Assembly: GCF_037042905.1 (NCBI RefSeq)
Contig: NC_087246.1
Span: 8,682,001-8,746,000 of the forward strand
Origin: Lytechinus pictus
Taxonomy: Eukaryota
Direction: 5' to 3'
DNA length: 64,000 bases
Shown: in pieces, positions 1 to 20,100 of the stretch
How the letters are laid out: each line of letters begins with the position of its first letter
Numbering within the stretch: the first letter of the stretch is position 1
Notes under the pieces: model-generated
Told to the model about the DNA's origin: nothing
Databases searched by the model: none
Seen by the model: only the letters and a program-made list of their open reading frames with translations
Made by a program: the position numbers and the translations under genes

Positions 1-501
1 GACAAACAATGAGAACTTTATGAGCATTTGAATATTGCAATCACTAATGCTATGGAGATCCTTCTATTGGCAATGCGACAAGGATGTGTGATGTCACATG
101 TGAACAACTTCCCTTTGATGGACTATAAAATACCCCAAAAATGTATCTTTTTGTTTTTTCTGATGGTGATACAAACTTTTTATCCATGATCTATTCTTTA
201 AAAATCTGTATTACATGCCCTATATAGAAAGAACAAATGATCTACTGATATATGTGATAAAAGAGGCAATTTAAGTGAAATATATACTAAAGTAATGGGG
301 AGAGTTGTTCACAAGTGACATCACACATCTTTGTTGCATTGCCAAGGTGAGGATCTCCATAGCATTAGTGATCGCAATATTCAAATGCTCATAACCTTCT
401 CATTATTTGTCCGATTTTTTTCAAACTTTCGTTGATCTGTTTCTTTGATTTTTCTGTTTTCACACAAGCTATCTTGTTCTAAAGGTTTCATTCTCCTTTA
501 A
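1..501. mobile_element. Kolobok/T2-type MITE with long inverted arms, left end cut by the window edge
   Basis: 1-113 is the reverse complement of about 298-410; the right end is CTCCT followed by TTAA (498-501). Confidence 0.8.
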
Positions 502-722
502 TATTAGAAGTTGTTACAAACACTCAGAAAAGTGTATGCGTGTGGGAATCGGGGGGGGGGGGTGGACTTGTACCAGCGATCTCTTTGTGAAATATTGTTT
601 TTGCAGTTTGAACTATACACATCAGTAGCCTACTTTCTTTTTCCATTCATGGTCAATAATGGTATGGCTGCAAAAATATCACGACTTGGCCTAAAGCATA
701 ACCTTTCGTGAATGAGTCATAG

Positions 723-992
723 CACTGGCGTAAATAATATTTAAAAAAATCACGACAAGGGGGAAAAAGAGAAAAGGACAGAAAAGGAGAGAAAGAAGGG
801 TGAAATATGATACTATTGATACTAATTTCTGAATATTTTGTCAAAATCTATCTCGAAATTGGAAATTTGTAACAAAGATGACTAAATTTTTGCTCACTCG
901 CTTCGCTCCCTCGCAACTCTTTATTGATTTCACGCTATGCGCCATATCTAGCCCCTTTAACATGTTCAAAATGTTTGGCTCATTACGCCACC
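723..992. mobile_element. Non-autonomous hAT-like repeat, copy 1
   Basis: Starts CACTGGCGTA and ends ...GCCATATCTAGCCCC...CATTACGCCAC; similar to 49295-49465 and, inverted, to about 2190-2456. Confidence 0.6.
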
Positions 993-1590
993 CCCTCTCC
1001 CACACTCTCTCTCTCTTATCTTATCTTATTTTATGTCCTTCTTCTTTTTTTTATAAGAAACACTAGACAGTGGCCTGTACTGTTACCCGAAGAAGAAGAA
1101 GATATACTCCTTCACGCAAAGAAAAAAAAAATCAACTCCGTGACATTTCCTTACGTGTCCGGGCCAAGTTCTGTTTAGGACAGGAAGATAGTTTTAGTGC
1201 TGCCCGACTGCCTCTAAATTTATATACGCGATCCATTTTTTGAGCGCTGAGAGAGGCTTATGCAGTAATATGGGGCATAAATCACTTTAGCATTACAGAA
1301 ATATATTGAAATCAGAGCGGAAAATAGATATTTGTTTGATGAAGGATAAGGCTTTCTATTGAAATAACATGTGCAAGTGCAATATAAATACTTGAAAACC
1401 CCGATTGTTTATCCTGTTGTGTAAATACTTTCATTTTGCGTTCTAGTTTAAGTTTGCCATTGATACCATGGCATGCTATCATTCAAGCATGGTGTTTAAA
1501 TGAGATATTACAACAAACATAAATTTCATGCCTATTTTAGGATGTTATGTGAAAAATACTTTATAAATTGAAATTATTTTCTTTTTCCAG

Positions 1591-7864
<6,274 letters not shown>

Positions 7865-9448
7865 GTTGTACTTTGATAGGTTACATTTCATTAAGCATTA
7901 CAATGGCTTCCGAATTTGGAAATAATAATTTATATTAAACAGAGAGGTGGCATTATTCAGTAAAAAATCTAAATATACGTTTTTCCCGGAGAACATTATC
8001 CATAAGTCGCATATGAGAAAAATTCTGGCCTATAGTCTGACAGAAGTAAGGTTATCAAAATGGTCAAATCACTTTGATTACCTGCTGAAGAAATGATCGA
8101 GCATTAAAATAATTCTTAAATGTGGGACCGGTTTCTTTGCAACAATCATGACAATGCTATGATGGTATTGTGGTGCATAACAATATCAAGTGTTCTGCTT
8201 GCGATTCGTAGGACTAATAAATGGTCTTTGATATCACAAAGATGGCACCTTGCAATAAAGCCAACGAAACACATCGCAGACGAATGGTTTCTGAATTGAT
8301 CGAGCCTTGTAAAGCACTAGAAATCGCTGCCTTGCCGAACGATCATGTCTCCTTGGTCTCCTTTGACTTCGGAGACGTCGTTGGGGCGACACTTCCTCAA
8401 CATCGCCACATTTTGGATACCGATAACAGTATTGAAATAAAATAAAAGTGTTTGAAATTCATACAAGTTTCTGCAAACACTGATATAGTAGTTTGTAGAG
8501 ACGTTGTAGAGACGTACCAGAGACACGTCTGCAACCAGAGTTGACTCGGTGGTCTACACTAACATGACTTGGGAGATGTGAATACGTTTCTCGCCTGAAA
8601 CATGCGGAATGAGACTTACCCAAACAAAGTAGGGTAGATTCTAAAAACCCTTTGGAGAATTGACGAATGAGAGGTTGCATTCAACTGCTACACGTATTAA
8701 AATTCAACATTAGATAATATAAACAAAACGATTGACAGTGTGTTATAGCACACTTGTGAGAACATGTTATAAACAGCTTTCTTAATGAAATATCTCATGT
8801 CGGTGTGTATGACGATTATCAGAAATAAAACGCATCTATGAAATATGCAAAATGCCGAGTACATTTTCGCCGAATCATTGTGCCAAACCTGAAAATTATT
8901 CAGAAAATCATCAATTTGACTTATTTTGAAAAAGACGCGTGAAAACTCATGTTAGATATTACATAACAATATAGCTGTAAAAAGAAAGTTAAGGACATGG
9001 AAAAAATAGCAGAGGAACTTTCGTTGTTTTTTTATTTTTACACATTTGTGAATATGATATTATGACTATGATAATTTGTTTTAGTCATGTAAGTGGTGGT
9101 GCTGTAACTTGTTAATCTTAGCTGCTTCTTCTTTGATATTTATGCGAGTGTACATTGTATCATGCTGTAGGAAATTCTTATATTTCAGTATTTACCCAAT
9201 GTAAATAGTTATTCGTTTAGATTACGACATTTTTTTTTATAATGGCCTACAATTAGATTTGATATTCTCGAGCATTGCCATAACCATGATAACTCGCTGG
9301 CGAGTCACCAAATATGTGCAATCAAAACTCATGCTTTCTCAGCTATCTCTCTGAAGATATGTAACCCACAATATTCAAAGATAATCTACTGAGTCGATAT
9401 TGTGCATCATTAATACATTGTTGGATATTCTGTAAACTCTGTAAATAC

Positions 9449-9698
9449 AAAAGAGCTAATCTGGTCCCTAATCACGCTTCTCTCAGAGTGAAATGAGGTA
9501 CCAGTCCTGATGGAGTGAGATTTCCGTCTTTCAGGAGTGGATTTCAAATCTTTTGGAGTGAAAGTGAAAAACAGATGCACACTTTCACTCCTGAAAAGGT
9601 GAGAACTTACTCTTGAAATACCGAAATCTCACTCCATCACGACTGGTACCTCATCCCACTCTGAGAGGAGCGTGATTAGGGATCAGATTAGCTCTTTT
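9449..9698. mobile_element. 250-bp palindromic MITE-like element
   Basis: AAAAGAGCTAATCTGGTCCCTAATCACGCT...AGCGTGATTAGGGATCAGATTAGCTCTTTT; the arms pair along almost their whole length. Confidence 0.85.
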
Positions 9699-11431
9699 AG
9701 GTCTATATATAATCATTCTTTCTTTTTTTCAACATCGGTACAAACACTGCATTTTGTTGTTTCGTTAATACACTTGCTGGCAAGTGTGGTTTCATAATTA
9801 GTGCTAATATTTTGCAAGTATAATGTGCTTATGAATTCACATTATCCTTTTTTATATGATCCAAGAGAAATCTTTTGTAAGATTTAAGAATAAAATTACA
9901 GTAACAACCAAAGAAACCAACTCCAAACCGGCCGATGTGATGTCATTTGAAATATTGTAATAGTTTGATCGGTTTCATTGGTGTTACAGTAAATACAAAA
10001 TCACATGTATATATGAGAAACACTTAATTTTGACCCAATGGTTGTGAAATCATTTTTTTTTATCTGATTACTTTTAACCAACTTTTCAGAAAGTGCATAC
10101 ATGCAAGCATCTTGTGCTCTCCACCGAAAAATATTGTGAAAAGTCACTTTCCCTAAAAGTTATATATCAAATGTATGAGGTTTTGCCTTTTTTTAAAATC
10201 ATTAATTGTTGTAAATTGATACCGCGATAAAAAATATTAAAAAATAACAAATTATTTGGTCGTAAATGCATCTCATTTTTTTTAACCCAGGCTCCAATCA
10301 AATGTTCATTTGTCTTTATATGTGTACATTGATTTTTACCACGCTTTGTTGGGTTCCCCCAACATCTACATTTTGACATCGTTTCCTGAAATGAATTTTC
10401 TTTGTAATAATTACCGCTTCTGCAAATATAATGTCATTATATTGAAGTTTGATTCTTATCGTGTCTTAACTTATGAACACAAGAGGGCATTACCTGCAAA
10501 CAAGGTGTTTAGTGCAAAATACTGAAAAGGGGGCCAAACATGTGCCGACCTTTACTAGTTTTTTTGTTTTAATTAATATTTTATTTTCTTCCTCTTTCAA
10601 ATCAATTACTAGTTGAAAATTAAATTTGGGAATCACCCCATCTATCGACCAGCTACTTTTATCAAGGTGATTCCAAATTGAAACAGGGAGGGTTGAATGT
10701 GGATGTGTACAAGCGAGTGAGGGTGTGTGTGTGTGTGTGTTTGTGCGTTTGAGGGAGGAAGGGAGAGATACGGTACTGGAGGGTGAGAGGGATGAGAAGG
10801 GGAACTTCTAGGATATAAATAATCCAACAATACCATGAGCGACCAGTTACGGAAAGAGAAATGAAACTAGATTGATCGTGTTGAAGCATGGAATGGGGCA
10901 ACGTTTTACTGGTCTCCCCCCCCCCCCCTCCATCCGAACGTCTCGGAATCGCCAATGGGAATACCTAAATTATATAAAAAGACAGTGCGCTTTTCCTGTC
11001 AGACGGAATAGATACATTTAGATTACTCATATAGTGAAATGTATAAAGCGGGTTAGAGAGAAAAAATACTGAGGAGTGTAATATATAAAGGTAATGGGGG
11101 ATGGGAAGGAGATGATGGGGGGGGGGGGGTCATAATATGTGGCAGTTTAGTGAGTTTACTAATGATTGTTTTAGATGATGAACTCATATCCACGTTAAGC
11201 ATGTCAGGGTTAAATCTCTGATTCACCAAGTCTTAGTCTGTCACCCCTATTCTTCCTGAACTAATTCTTTTCTACTTGTCATTTCTGTCTTTCTGTAGAA
11301 CTAAACCGGTGTAATTATCGGTGAAAGGGGTTTTCTGAATAGAAAATGATACATTTTCCGACACATTGGCGTATTTTATACACCCATGTTATTAACATTA
11401 GAGGTGACTTACTTGGTAAAATTTATTATCG

Positions 11432-11473
11432 AAGAGAGAGAGAGAGTGGGAGGGAGAGAGAGAGAGGAGGGGG

Positions 11474-11556
<83 letters not shown>
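11432..11556. repeat. Compound microsatellite (GA)n-(GATA)n
   Basis: Directly visible. Confidence 0.95.
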
Positions 11557-11557
<1 letters not shown>

Positions 11558-11709
11558 AGGGGTTGTTCTCAAGCCCCTGATATCCTAGCCGTCGCCGTCA
11601 AGAAATGGACCGCGCACAATCGCCTCCTAATAGATTAAAAATATAAATAAACATTTTAATTGCGCACATCAAGGAAAATCTAGATACAAAATGATTTTAT
11701 TAGCCTCTA

Positions 11710-12640
11710 CAGTGCGTATCAAATAAGAGTTCACACTTATAAATAATCCTGTAAAATTATAAATTTTTAATATCCTGAAGCTTTTTCCACATTTAATTAT
11801 AGGTACAGATCTCTGTAAGCAAACGAGGATTTAACTGTCGAAAAATCTTTCCGCTTGAGTGAGCACCTCTTACTTTTGCAAAAGTTCCTGAAAAACGATT
11901 TACGCAGAACTTGGAAATAGGTATATGAATAGAAGTAAATGTTAATCATAGAGAACAAGTGGACTTTAGCAAGGAAGGTTGATTTGGAGATATCTCTTAC
12001 CTTTTTAACTTGTATCCCTGCCCAAAACAATTCATAGATTTTGTGCCCCTCCCCTCCCAACACACCGAGGTCATCGTAATGATCTGCTTTACACGGAGCT
12101 GTGATTCACATGAAATGACTTAGGCTTGATATTCGTTTTGTTAATCATTGTCAAGCTTGGGTAGTGTGGAGAAGCAAGTATGAAATGATAAAAATTTAGT
12201 GGAAGAATGCTGGAGATGTCTGAAATATTTTTTTGTTTACATGCATTTAGTTACGTCATATGATCCAGCATTAAAAAGGCGTAGGTTGTGCTTACCTAGG
12301 GTAAAAATATTAATTTGGGTGGCAAAGCTGTTACAAACGTTTAAATGTATCTGTTTTATTTGAATTTGCTAGAAATGCAAAAGAAACGTATGAGAAATAT
12401 ACCGCACGGTCAGTATGTTTTCGCCTTTTTCCCGTGACACAGCGTGTAAATTAACATTTCTACGGGCTTTACAAAAATGAACAGTGCTTACTCAAGTGTA
12501 ATATTCTGTCAAAATTTTAACTTTCATTTGATAGATGAGACCCAAACCTAAGAATATATGTCAAAAGATTATCCCCTTGTTGTATATTTTTCAATTCCCA
12601 GTACTTTTTCAAAGTGTAAACTTTTTATTGATATGCACTG
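11710..12640. mobile_element. Non-autonomous Tc1/mariner-type element, copy 1 (more degenerate TIRs)
   Basis: TA|CAGTGCGTATCAAA...TTGATATGCACTG|TA; internal sequence collinear with copy 2. Confidence 0.88.
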
Positions 12641-12642
12641 TA

Positions 12643-13630
12643 CAGTGCGTATCAAAAAAAAGTTTACACTTAGAAAAATTCCTGTAAAATTACACATATG
12701 TAATATCCCGAAGATTCTTCCACATTTGAACATTGGTACAGATCCATTTAAGCAAATGACGATATAAATGTCGAAAAATATTTCCGCTTGAGTGAGCACC
12801 ACCTACTTTTGAAAAGTTAGTGAAAAATGATTTGCGCAGAACTTTGAAATAGTTATGTAAATAAAAGTAGACCTTACTCATGTAGAACACGTGGAATTTA
12901 GCTAGTAAAATTGATTTAAAGATATCTTTCACCTTTTTAAACTTGTTTCCTTGCCCAAAACACTTCAAAGAGTGCATTGCGCCCCACCCCACTCTCCCAC
13001 AGACCGAGGCCATCATGACGATATTTGCTTTACACTGAGCTGTGATTTACATGAAATGGCTTAGGCTTGATTTTCATTTTGTTAATCATTGTCAAGCTTG
13101 GGAAAAGTGTGGAGAAACAAGTATTGAATGAAAAATGAAATGTAAACCCACTTTGAATTATAAAAACTTAGTGAAAAAATGCTGGACATGTCTGATATAA
13201 ACTTTTGTTCAGATTCAGTTATGTCCTCAAATCCAGCTGGCACAAAAAAGGGTAAAGTTTGCGCTTACTAAGTGATGAAATTTCAATTTGGGTGGCAAAA
13301 TTGTTACAAAATGCTTAAATGTATCCGTTTTATTTCAATTGACTAAAATTGCAAGGGAAAAGTATGAGAAATGTTTCGCAGGGTAAGTTTGATTTAGCCC
13401 TTTCCCCTTGACACAGCGTGAAAACTAGCATTTCTGCGCAAACAGATTTCTGCGAGCTTAACAGAAATGGACAGTGCTCACTCAAGTGTAACATTCTGTC
13501 AAAACTTTTACTTTCATTGGATAGATGAGACCCAAACCCAAGATTACATGTGAAAAAATTACCCACATATTGTATATTTTTTAATTTTCAGGGCTTTTTC
13601 AAAGTGTAAACTTTTTTTTGATACGCACTG
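12643..13630. mobile_element. Non-autonomous Tc1/mariner-type element, copy 2
   Basis: TA|CAGTGCGTATCAAAAAAAAGTTTACACTT...AAGTGTAAACTTTTTTTTGATACGCACTG|TA; near-perfect TIRs; no transposase ORF. Confidence 0.92.
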
Positions 13631-14579
13631 TATATTAACAATATATCAACATCAATCATAACATTTTCAGATCTGACACTGATAATGATTTCTGATCGAG
13701 TGTATTTCAGCACTTAGTGAAGGACATGCAACTTTCGTACTCCTTGATCTTCAATCTCAGACAATGCTCTATTGTGAATCATTTCACACAATGCAATTCA
13801 ATATTTGCCGACGACCTTTCAGTTGGGGCTTTTTAATGATGGCTGCCAGCTCTTTAACTTTCTTCCTGCCCCCTCACCCACTTTCCCTCGCTAATTCTAA
13901 TCTCTCTCTGTAAGGGACAAGAACGGGATATTTTCAATGGGGAAAGGGTGCGGCGGTGGGGGGGGGGGGCGGGGAGGGGGTAGCCGAAATAACTTTAAGT
14001 TTTAGACAGATAATGCGAAATTATGCAAGTTAACCCTTTCCAATAATGTTCCCTCTTCATTCTCTTGTCCCCTCACACCTCTCGTATATTCTTGTCTCCC
14101 TCTTTCACTTTCTGTCTGTTCTAATTTACATTACCTAAGACGTCCTCTCTCTGTAGAGATCAAAATATCAAGCACAACATTTTTGGAGAGCTGTAAAAGA
14201 AATAAGAAAAAAATCAACCAAAAAATGCAAATGAATCATTCTATTTCTAGAGATTCGCGTGAGGGTGTGTGGGGGATGGGTGGGTGCACACGAGAATGTG
14301 TGTGTGAGGACGTGTGTATTTGGGGTGGACACGTTGACTTGCTTGTATGCAGTTTCATGGGAAGCAATCATAGCTAAATTGGCGAATATGTGACTGACCA
14401 TAGACTGACCTATGTCATGGTCATCGTGACCACATCATCGGTTGAAATGTACCAGAATTATCAATTTGTACCCCCCCTTTTTTTTTTGGGGGGGGGTTGT
14501 ATTAAAGATAATAGCAATAAATATGTTATATGGACTGATCCTACAAATGAAACATCACTCTACGATTACCGTTAATATA

Positions 14580-14698
14580 GGCCGCCAAGATTAAGTTGTT
14601 ATTTTGTTTGCTCCCTGTTCACTTGTGCGACTTGATCATCTCTTACGAGATGGATTTGGCGCCTAATAAATTGCATTTATTATTATTGTTATTATTAT
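14580..14698 (+). mobile_element. Probable 3' end of an L2/CR1-group retroposon with (TTA)n tail
   Basis: GGCGCCTAATAAATTGCATT followed by (TTA)n, resembling L2-type 3' ends; short. Confidence 0.4.
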
Positions 14699-14701
14699 GT
14701 A

Positions 14702-14858
14702 CACTGCAAAAACACAAGTGTTGATCTAACACCAGCCAGATATCTATATCGGACAAACCAGGGAAGGGCCCAACACCAATTAAGAATCAAACCGATATTT
14801 GTTTACACTTATTAGTGTTGTTTTAATTCCTATTGTTTCAACATCTCTCTGGTTTTTT

Positions 14859-14911
<53 letters not shown>

Positions 14912-14953
14912 ATACCGAGCTGGTGCTAAATTAACACCTGTATTTTTGCAGTG
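14702..14953. mobile_element. EnSpm/CACTA-like MITE containing a (TA)n tract (about 14861-14910)
   Basis: TA|CACTGCAAAAA...TTTTTGCAGTG|TA, with inverted AACACCAGC/GCTGGTG subterminal motifs. Confidence 0.8.
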
Positions 14954-16244
14954 TAATAAAATAATTTACACGGTTTATATTAACTATTCATTCTCACTTT
15001 GATTGTTTTGTTTCCACATGTTATCACTTCAGTGATAATATCAACACACTCGCATTTCTATTTGCATTGATTCATTGCTGCCAATAAATACAATGCTTGT
15101 CGGGTCTCTATAGACGTAAATAAATTGTCAATTATCTCATATATATTTATTTTTTGTTCTAATTCTTGTTCATATCATAGTTATAACAATAATCCTATTC
15201 TGTATTATATTTCTATCAAGGCAGCGAACTAGCCATTTCATGGTCGAAAAGGTTGACAGATTGGCTCTGAATCATAATATCTTGCCGATAATTTTCATGT
15301 ATACACTGTTATTTCGTATTCAGTTTATAAAATGATAAAGTTTCAATCAGAAACCCCTATGGATAGGATCGAAGGTTAATTGAATCATTTTGGCTCCTAT
15401 CATAAAGAAAAAAATAATTTAGCTCATCTTAATGAATAAGAATTAGTCGAAAATCTAACCGTTAGGGAACGAAAAGTGACCTCAAGAAAAGATATCAAAA
15501 TGAACTTAGTCATAGTGATTTAACATGCGGCATTATTTAGTCTTGTCAGTGCGCCAGACAACTTCAAGGAACTTCAAGAGGCAAAGGCACGTGTAATACT
15601 TCCATCCCTCTGAAAATTTATAAGAGATCTAGTAATACAAACACTGATCTGACTTTATATCAATGGATTCAGTTTTAATCAAATAATTGTAATGTCCTAT
15701 TTCAAAGTGTTTTTTATATCTAGCAATTTTGGTACTTATTTTCCAGTCTTTAAAATATTTTTTAAATAAAATAAAGACAAAATGTAGTAATTCTTCATCT
15801 GTAACTTATTCATTATGTTATAATTTTGTGATTGTTCACCTTTCCTCCTAAATTAAAGCAAATATTGAAAAAAAATGTATTAAGAAATTTCGAGAAGGGT
15901 TAAAATTGAAAACTTACTTCTTTAGGTGCAATGCCGAGATTTGCGGCAATGACTACCAACCGGTACCCATCTTTTCTGCCCCGGCCCTACATACCCAATA
16001 TACAGCTTCCCAACTACTACCCTTATACCCTTCCCTCTATTATACTCTATTCCCACACAAGTGTTGGTACATTTATTACCCCCTTTTCATAACCTTTAGT
16101 ATCACTTCACCCTCGTAGCTGTTACATCATCAATTAACTTTATTACCTACAGTCCTCGATCTCTGTCTTAGAGAGCGTGGGTGTGTGTGGGGGTGAGAGG
16201 GTGGGTGTGTTTGTGTCTGTGTGTAATTGAGGGTTCTCAGACGT

Positions 16245-16330
16245 GTAACAATCAAATATGATTATACACATCCGGGACCGACCTTAAACCACACCATCCG
16301 AAAGACGTGACTAGGGCTCGAACCTCGAGT
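16245..16330 (-). mobile_element. SINE fragment, possibly Deu-domain
   Basis: Minus strand reads GGTTCGAGCCC (B box), then CACGTCTTTCGGATG...GGTCCC, resembling the DeuSINE conserved block (from recall, not a search). Confidence 0.4.
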
Positions 16331-16504
16331 CATCATAGCTTGGGTTTCAGTCGCACACCACAACGCTCAGTCTTTTAACATATACCGTGGTCGGATTCAA
16401 GACTGTCACATTTATTTGTTGGATTGAAGTGCTCGATTGATATGATGGACGGATGTCGGTTGTCATTTCACAAGTCTAGGGGTCATCTCCGGACACCCAC
16501 AGAG

Positions 16505-17103
16505 TTAAAGGACAAGTCCACCCCAACAAAAACTTGATTTAAATAAAAATAAAAAATCCAACAAGCATAACACTGAAAATTTCATCAAAATCGGATGTAA
16601 AATAAGAAAGTTATGACATGTTAAACTTTTGCTTAATTTCACAAAACAGTTGTATGCACATCCTGTTGGGTATGCAATGAGGAGACTGATGACGTCATCC
16701 ACTCACTATTTATTTTGTATTTTATTATATGAAATAGGGAATATTCTATTTTACTCCTCATTGTCAAGTGAAACAACGATTAATTCCTCCCTGAACATGT
16801 GGAATGAGCATTGTTTAATACTATATGATTCAGTCAAGTTGGTCCTCATTGTCAAATATAAAAAAAATGAAATATTGTATAAGTCAAACAATAAAAAGCA
16901 AAAGAAATAGTGAGTGAGGGACATCATCAACTTTCTCATTTGAGTTGTGCATATCTCTGTTTTGTGAAAAATAAGCAAAACTTTAAAGTGCCATAACTTT
17001 CTTATTTTACATCCGATTTTGATGAAATTTTCAGCGTTTTGCTTGTTTGATTTTTCTCTATTTATTCAAATCAACATTTTTCTTGGGCGGACTTGACCTT
17101 TAA
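16505..17103. mobile_element. Kolobok-type TTAA MITE, subfamily with AGGACAAGTCCACCCC termini
   Basis: TTAA|AGGACAAGTCC...GGACTTGACCT|TTAA; long inverted arms; homologous to 30150-30744. Confidence 0.92.
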
Positions 17104-20100
17104 ACGTGAAAGAAGAAGAATCTGAAGGCAAATATCATTAAAGGCCCTTAGACATATCACTTGGCACGTCGAATAAGGTGGAGGGGGGAATCTAACGTCC
17201 GAACGACTTCTGAAAATAAGACTACATAACAGATGGGAAGAAACAGAATTGAAACAATTCTGGAAGTGTTAGCTGTGGTCGAGTGGTCGAAGGTGTAGAC
17301 ATAATGTAGTAACACGGATGACATTAACGGTTATTATTCTGTTGAGGAGTTAATATGCTGTGCGGATCACGCCTTCAACTTTTAAAAGTTGTGTTTTCCA
17401 TATTTACCAGCAGGTTCCAATATAGGCCTACATAATGCCATGTTTATAGTCAATGAAAGGATACCCACTCCAAATCAATCATTTGGAATAATGTAAAAGC
17501 TTTAGTGATCGGTCTGGGCTCGGCCTTCCGCGTGTAACAAAAATACTAAAACTTCCAGTATCAATTTTCTACGAGCACTTTCCCATTGATATGTTTACTA
17601 CACGTAAATAAATGGACCTAAATTTTCACAGTGTCTCTAAAACTGTGTGTGAGGATTATTGAAGTGAATAAAACACCGCCACACCCATATATAGTAACGA
17701 ACCTAATTAGGTTAATTGCTTTGTATTAATTTCGAGAAATATGAGACAGTAATATTAGTCGAACTAATCACAATGAACGGCTAAATGATGACCGCACAAT
17801 CTAATTTTTATCCTTTCGGTTTATCAAAGTTTGTCCATAATATCTTCAAGAACATAATAATCAGGGTTAATCAGAGATGATTATTTCATGCCTTATGTCT
17901 TTGCTTTCTGATCATTCTTTAGGGGAAAAAATAAAAGTCTATATTTAGCCTACAAATCGCAATTCGGACTCGGTTGCATCTTACGAATGTGAACAATTAT
18001 TTCTAGCCATACAATTTACAATTGTACTTTATAGAGGCATTTATGATGTCATATATCTGACTACTGTGCCTCATCAGGAAAGGTTACGAGAATGAAAAAT
18101 GATTACACAGGCGAATTAAAACCATCGTGTTGCAACATTGGATTTGTTTAATTTATTATTTAGGTGGAGAGGGGTGATTACCAAAAAAAAATCGTAAGTT
18201 ATGTAGTGTAGTGTTCCCTTTTCCTATTGCCCTGATTTCTATGAGCATTTTTTTTATTTGTACAACACATGCAACAATGTCAGGGTGGACAACATATCGT
18301 TCATTAATTTAGTTTTAACACTACAGTGGTCACCGTTCCCAATTCAGTTTTGCTTTGATCGCCTGTAACTTTGATCACCAGTACAACCTTATACTGCTTT
18401 GATATGTTCAGATGCTGTAAAATCCAGACAAGTAGATGAGGCCATCGAACCTGAAGTTATCAGAAAACAGTTGATACTTAAAACTAAGTTCGTCTTCCAT
18501 ATACCGTTACCTGATTACCCATTCCCAATATACCGAAATTAAAATGTTTTATCACACCTGAACATATGTTTTCGGACAGTATTTTTATCAATGAAACAAA
18601 ACGAATCAAAATAACCGAAAAATATGAAGTAAAAAGAAATAATGTCCGTTCCATGTGACTATATCTTTAATGTGTTTTTCTGGTTTCTCTGAATTGATGG
18701 TATATTTCAAAATTATGAGATATGTGTCACTTTTATTAAGCAATTTGTGAAAATCAATTTTTTTTTCTGCCACAAAACAATAATTTGAATCTGAATCTGA
18801 TTTGAATATACTTGAATTGCTTACCATGCTAACAATAGGTATCTATTTGTATTTTTAGTAAAACCTCTCATCCTCAAGGTTGCTTTATGACATTATACCC
18901 TGATAGGTCTTGCCAAGAGTGAAATTGCTTCAAGGTAACCCATCCAGGGTAATATAAAATGAGATAAAAAGGCACCTTTCAATGTTCAGGATAAATCATC
19001 TCGCATTGGCCATGTTGTTATTTAACGAACTTTGTTGAATTCGCAGTTATAGTAATTCTTGTATATATTTATATTTTTCTCTCACTCAGAAGTAATGATA
19101 AAGATAAAGACGTAGTTACATTAGAATTAAAACATTATCTAACCCACATTATATCAGTAAAACCTACATGACTGTATACCTATCATATTTTGAAATCGTA
19201 ATCATGTCTGTTGATCGCTGGGGTGTAATAACAATCGCTAAAAATCTCCGCGCCAGTCTAGATGTATAGGAAACAATACTATTTATTGAATCAAACAAAA
19301 AACTGTTAAACTTTTACAGTTACGATAAGATCACATGATTGTGTGCTACTAAAATAACATGAAAGAATTATATATTTAGAAAAAATATATTTTTAAATGC
19401 AAGTGTTGCTACGTACGTTAATAATTATTTAATAGTTTCTATTATCATAATTACAAAAATCAATTTTCTTTACAATAGAAAAAAAAAATCACAATTTCAC
19501 TCCGGACAAGGGAAACAAACGAATTCGTGTCGATCTTTGTTTCATTCTCACCTTCATCAGATGGACATTCGTTACAGAGAACAATAGCTGGCTTATCAGT
19601 AGAATTTAATGTACATGCAAAACAACACAAAATAACCACTTGATGTCAGTAATCTGAATATTGTTAGTCAGAAATTAAATAAAGGGGATAAGGGAGTGTT
19701 ATACACTTTTATGAAAAAGCTTGTAAAAAATCTATTTACAAACCATTTACAAGAAGAAAAGATTACTGAAATCTATTTATGTTTGCAGAATTTAATTTTT
19801 ACGGAAAATTTAAACATTAAAATACACTTATAAATATTTTCAGATGCCGCTAAAGTTGAAATTCTAATATACTCTTGAGTATTCACATGTTTGATATACT
19901 AAACTTGGGAATAATCAAATTGCCTATGAATCAATGGGTTTTAAAATACCGACCGCGTCCCTTAAAACTCTTCTGAATTCAGAAGATTTGGCTGGGAGCA
20001 GTTGTGATGCAGTTATGACTAATGAGGGGCAAGTCGAAATATTAAAACAATGGGTATTTGGGATATATGAGTCATGATGATCAGAATTTGTTTTTATAAA

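Noticed and set aside
1..1590. First (signal-peptide) exon of MMP-A
   Set aside because: No ATG plus hydrophobic segment with a phase-0 donor was found; the region is mostly repeats. The exon is probably upstream of the window.
11797..13566. ORFs inside the Tc1-like elements as transposase
   Set aside because: No DDE/D or HTH motifs; the elements are under 1 kb and non-autonomous.
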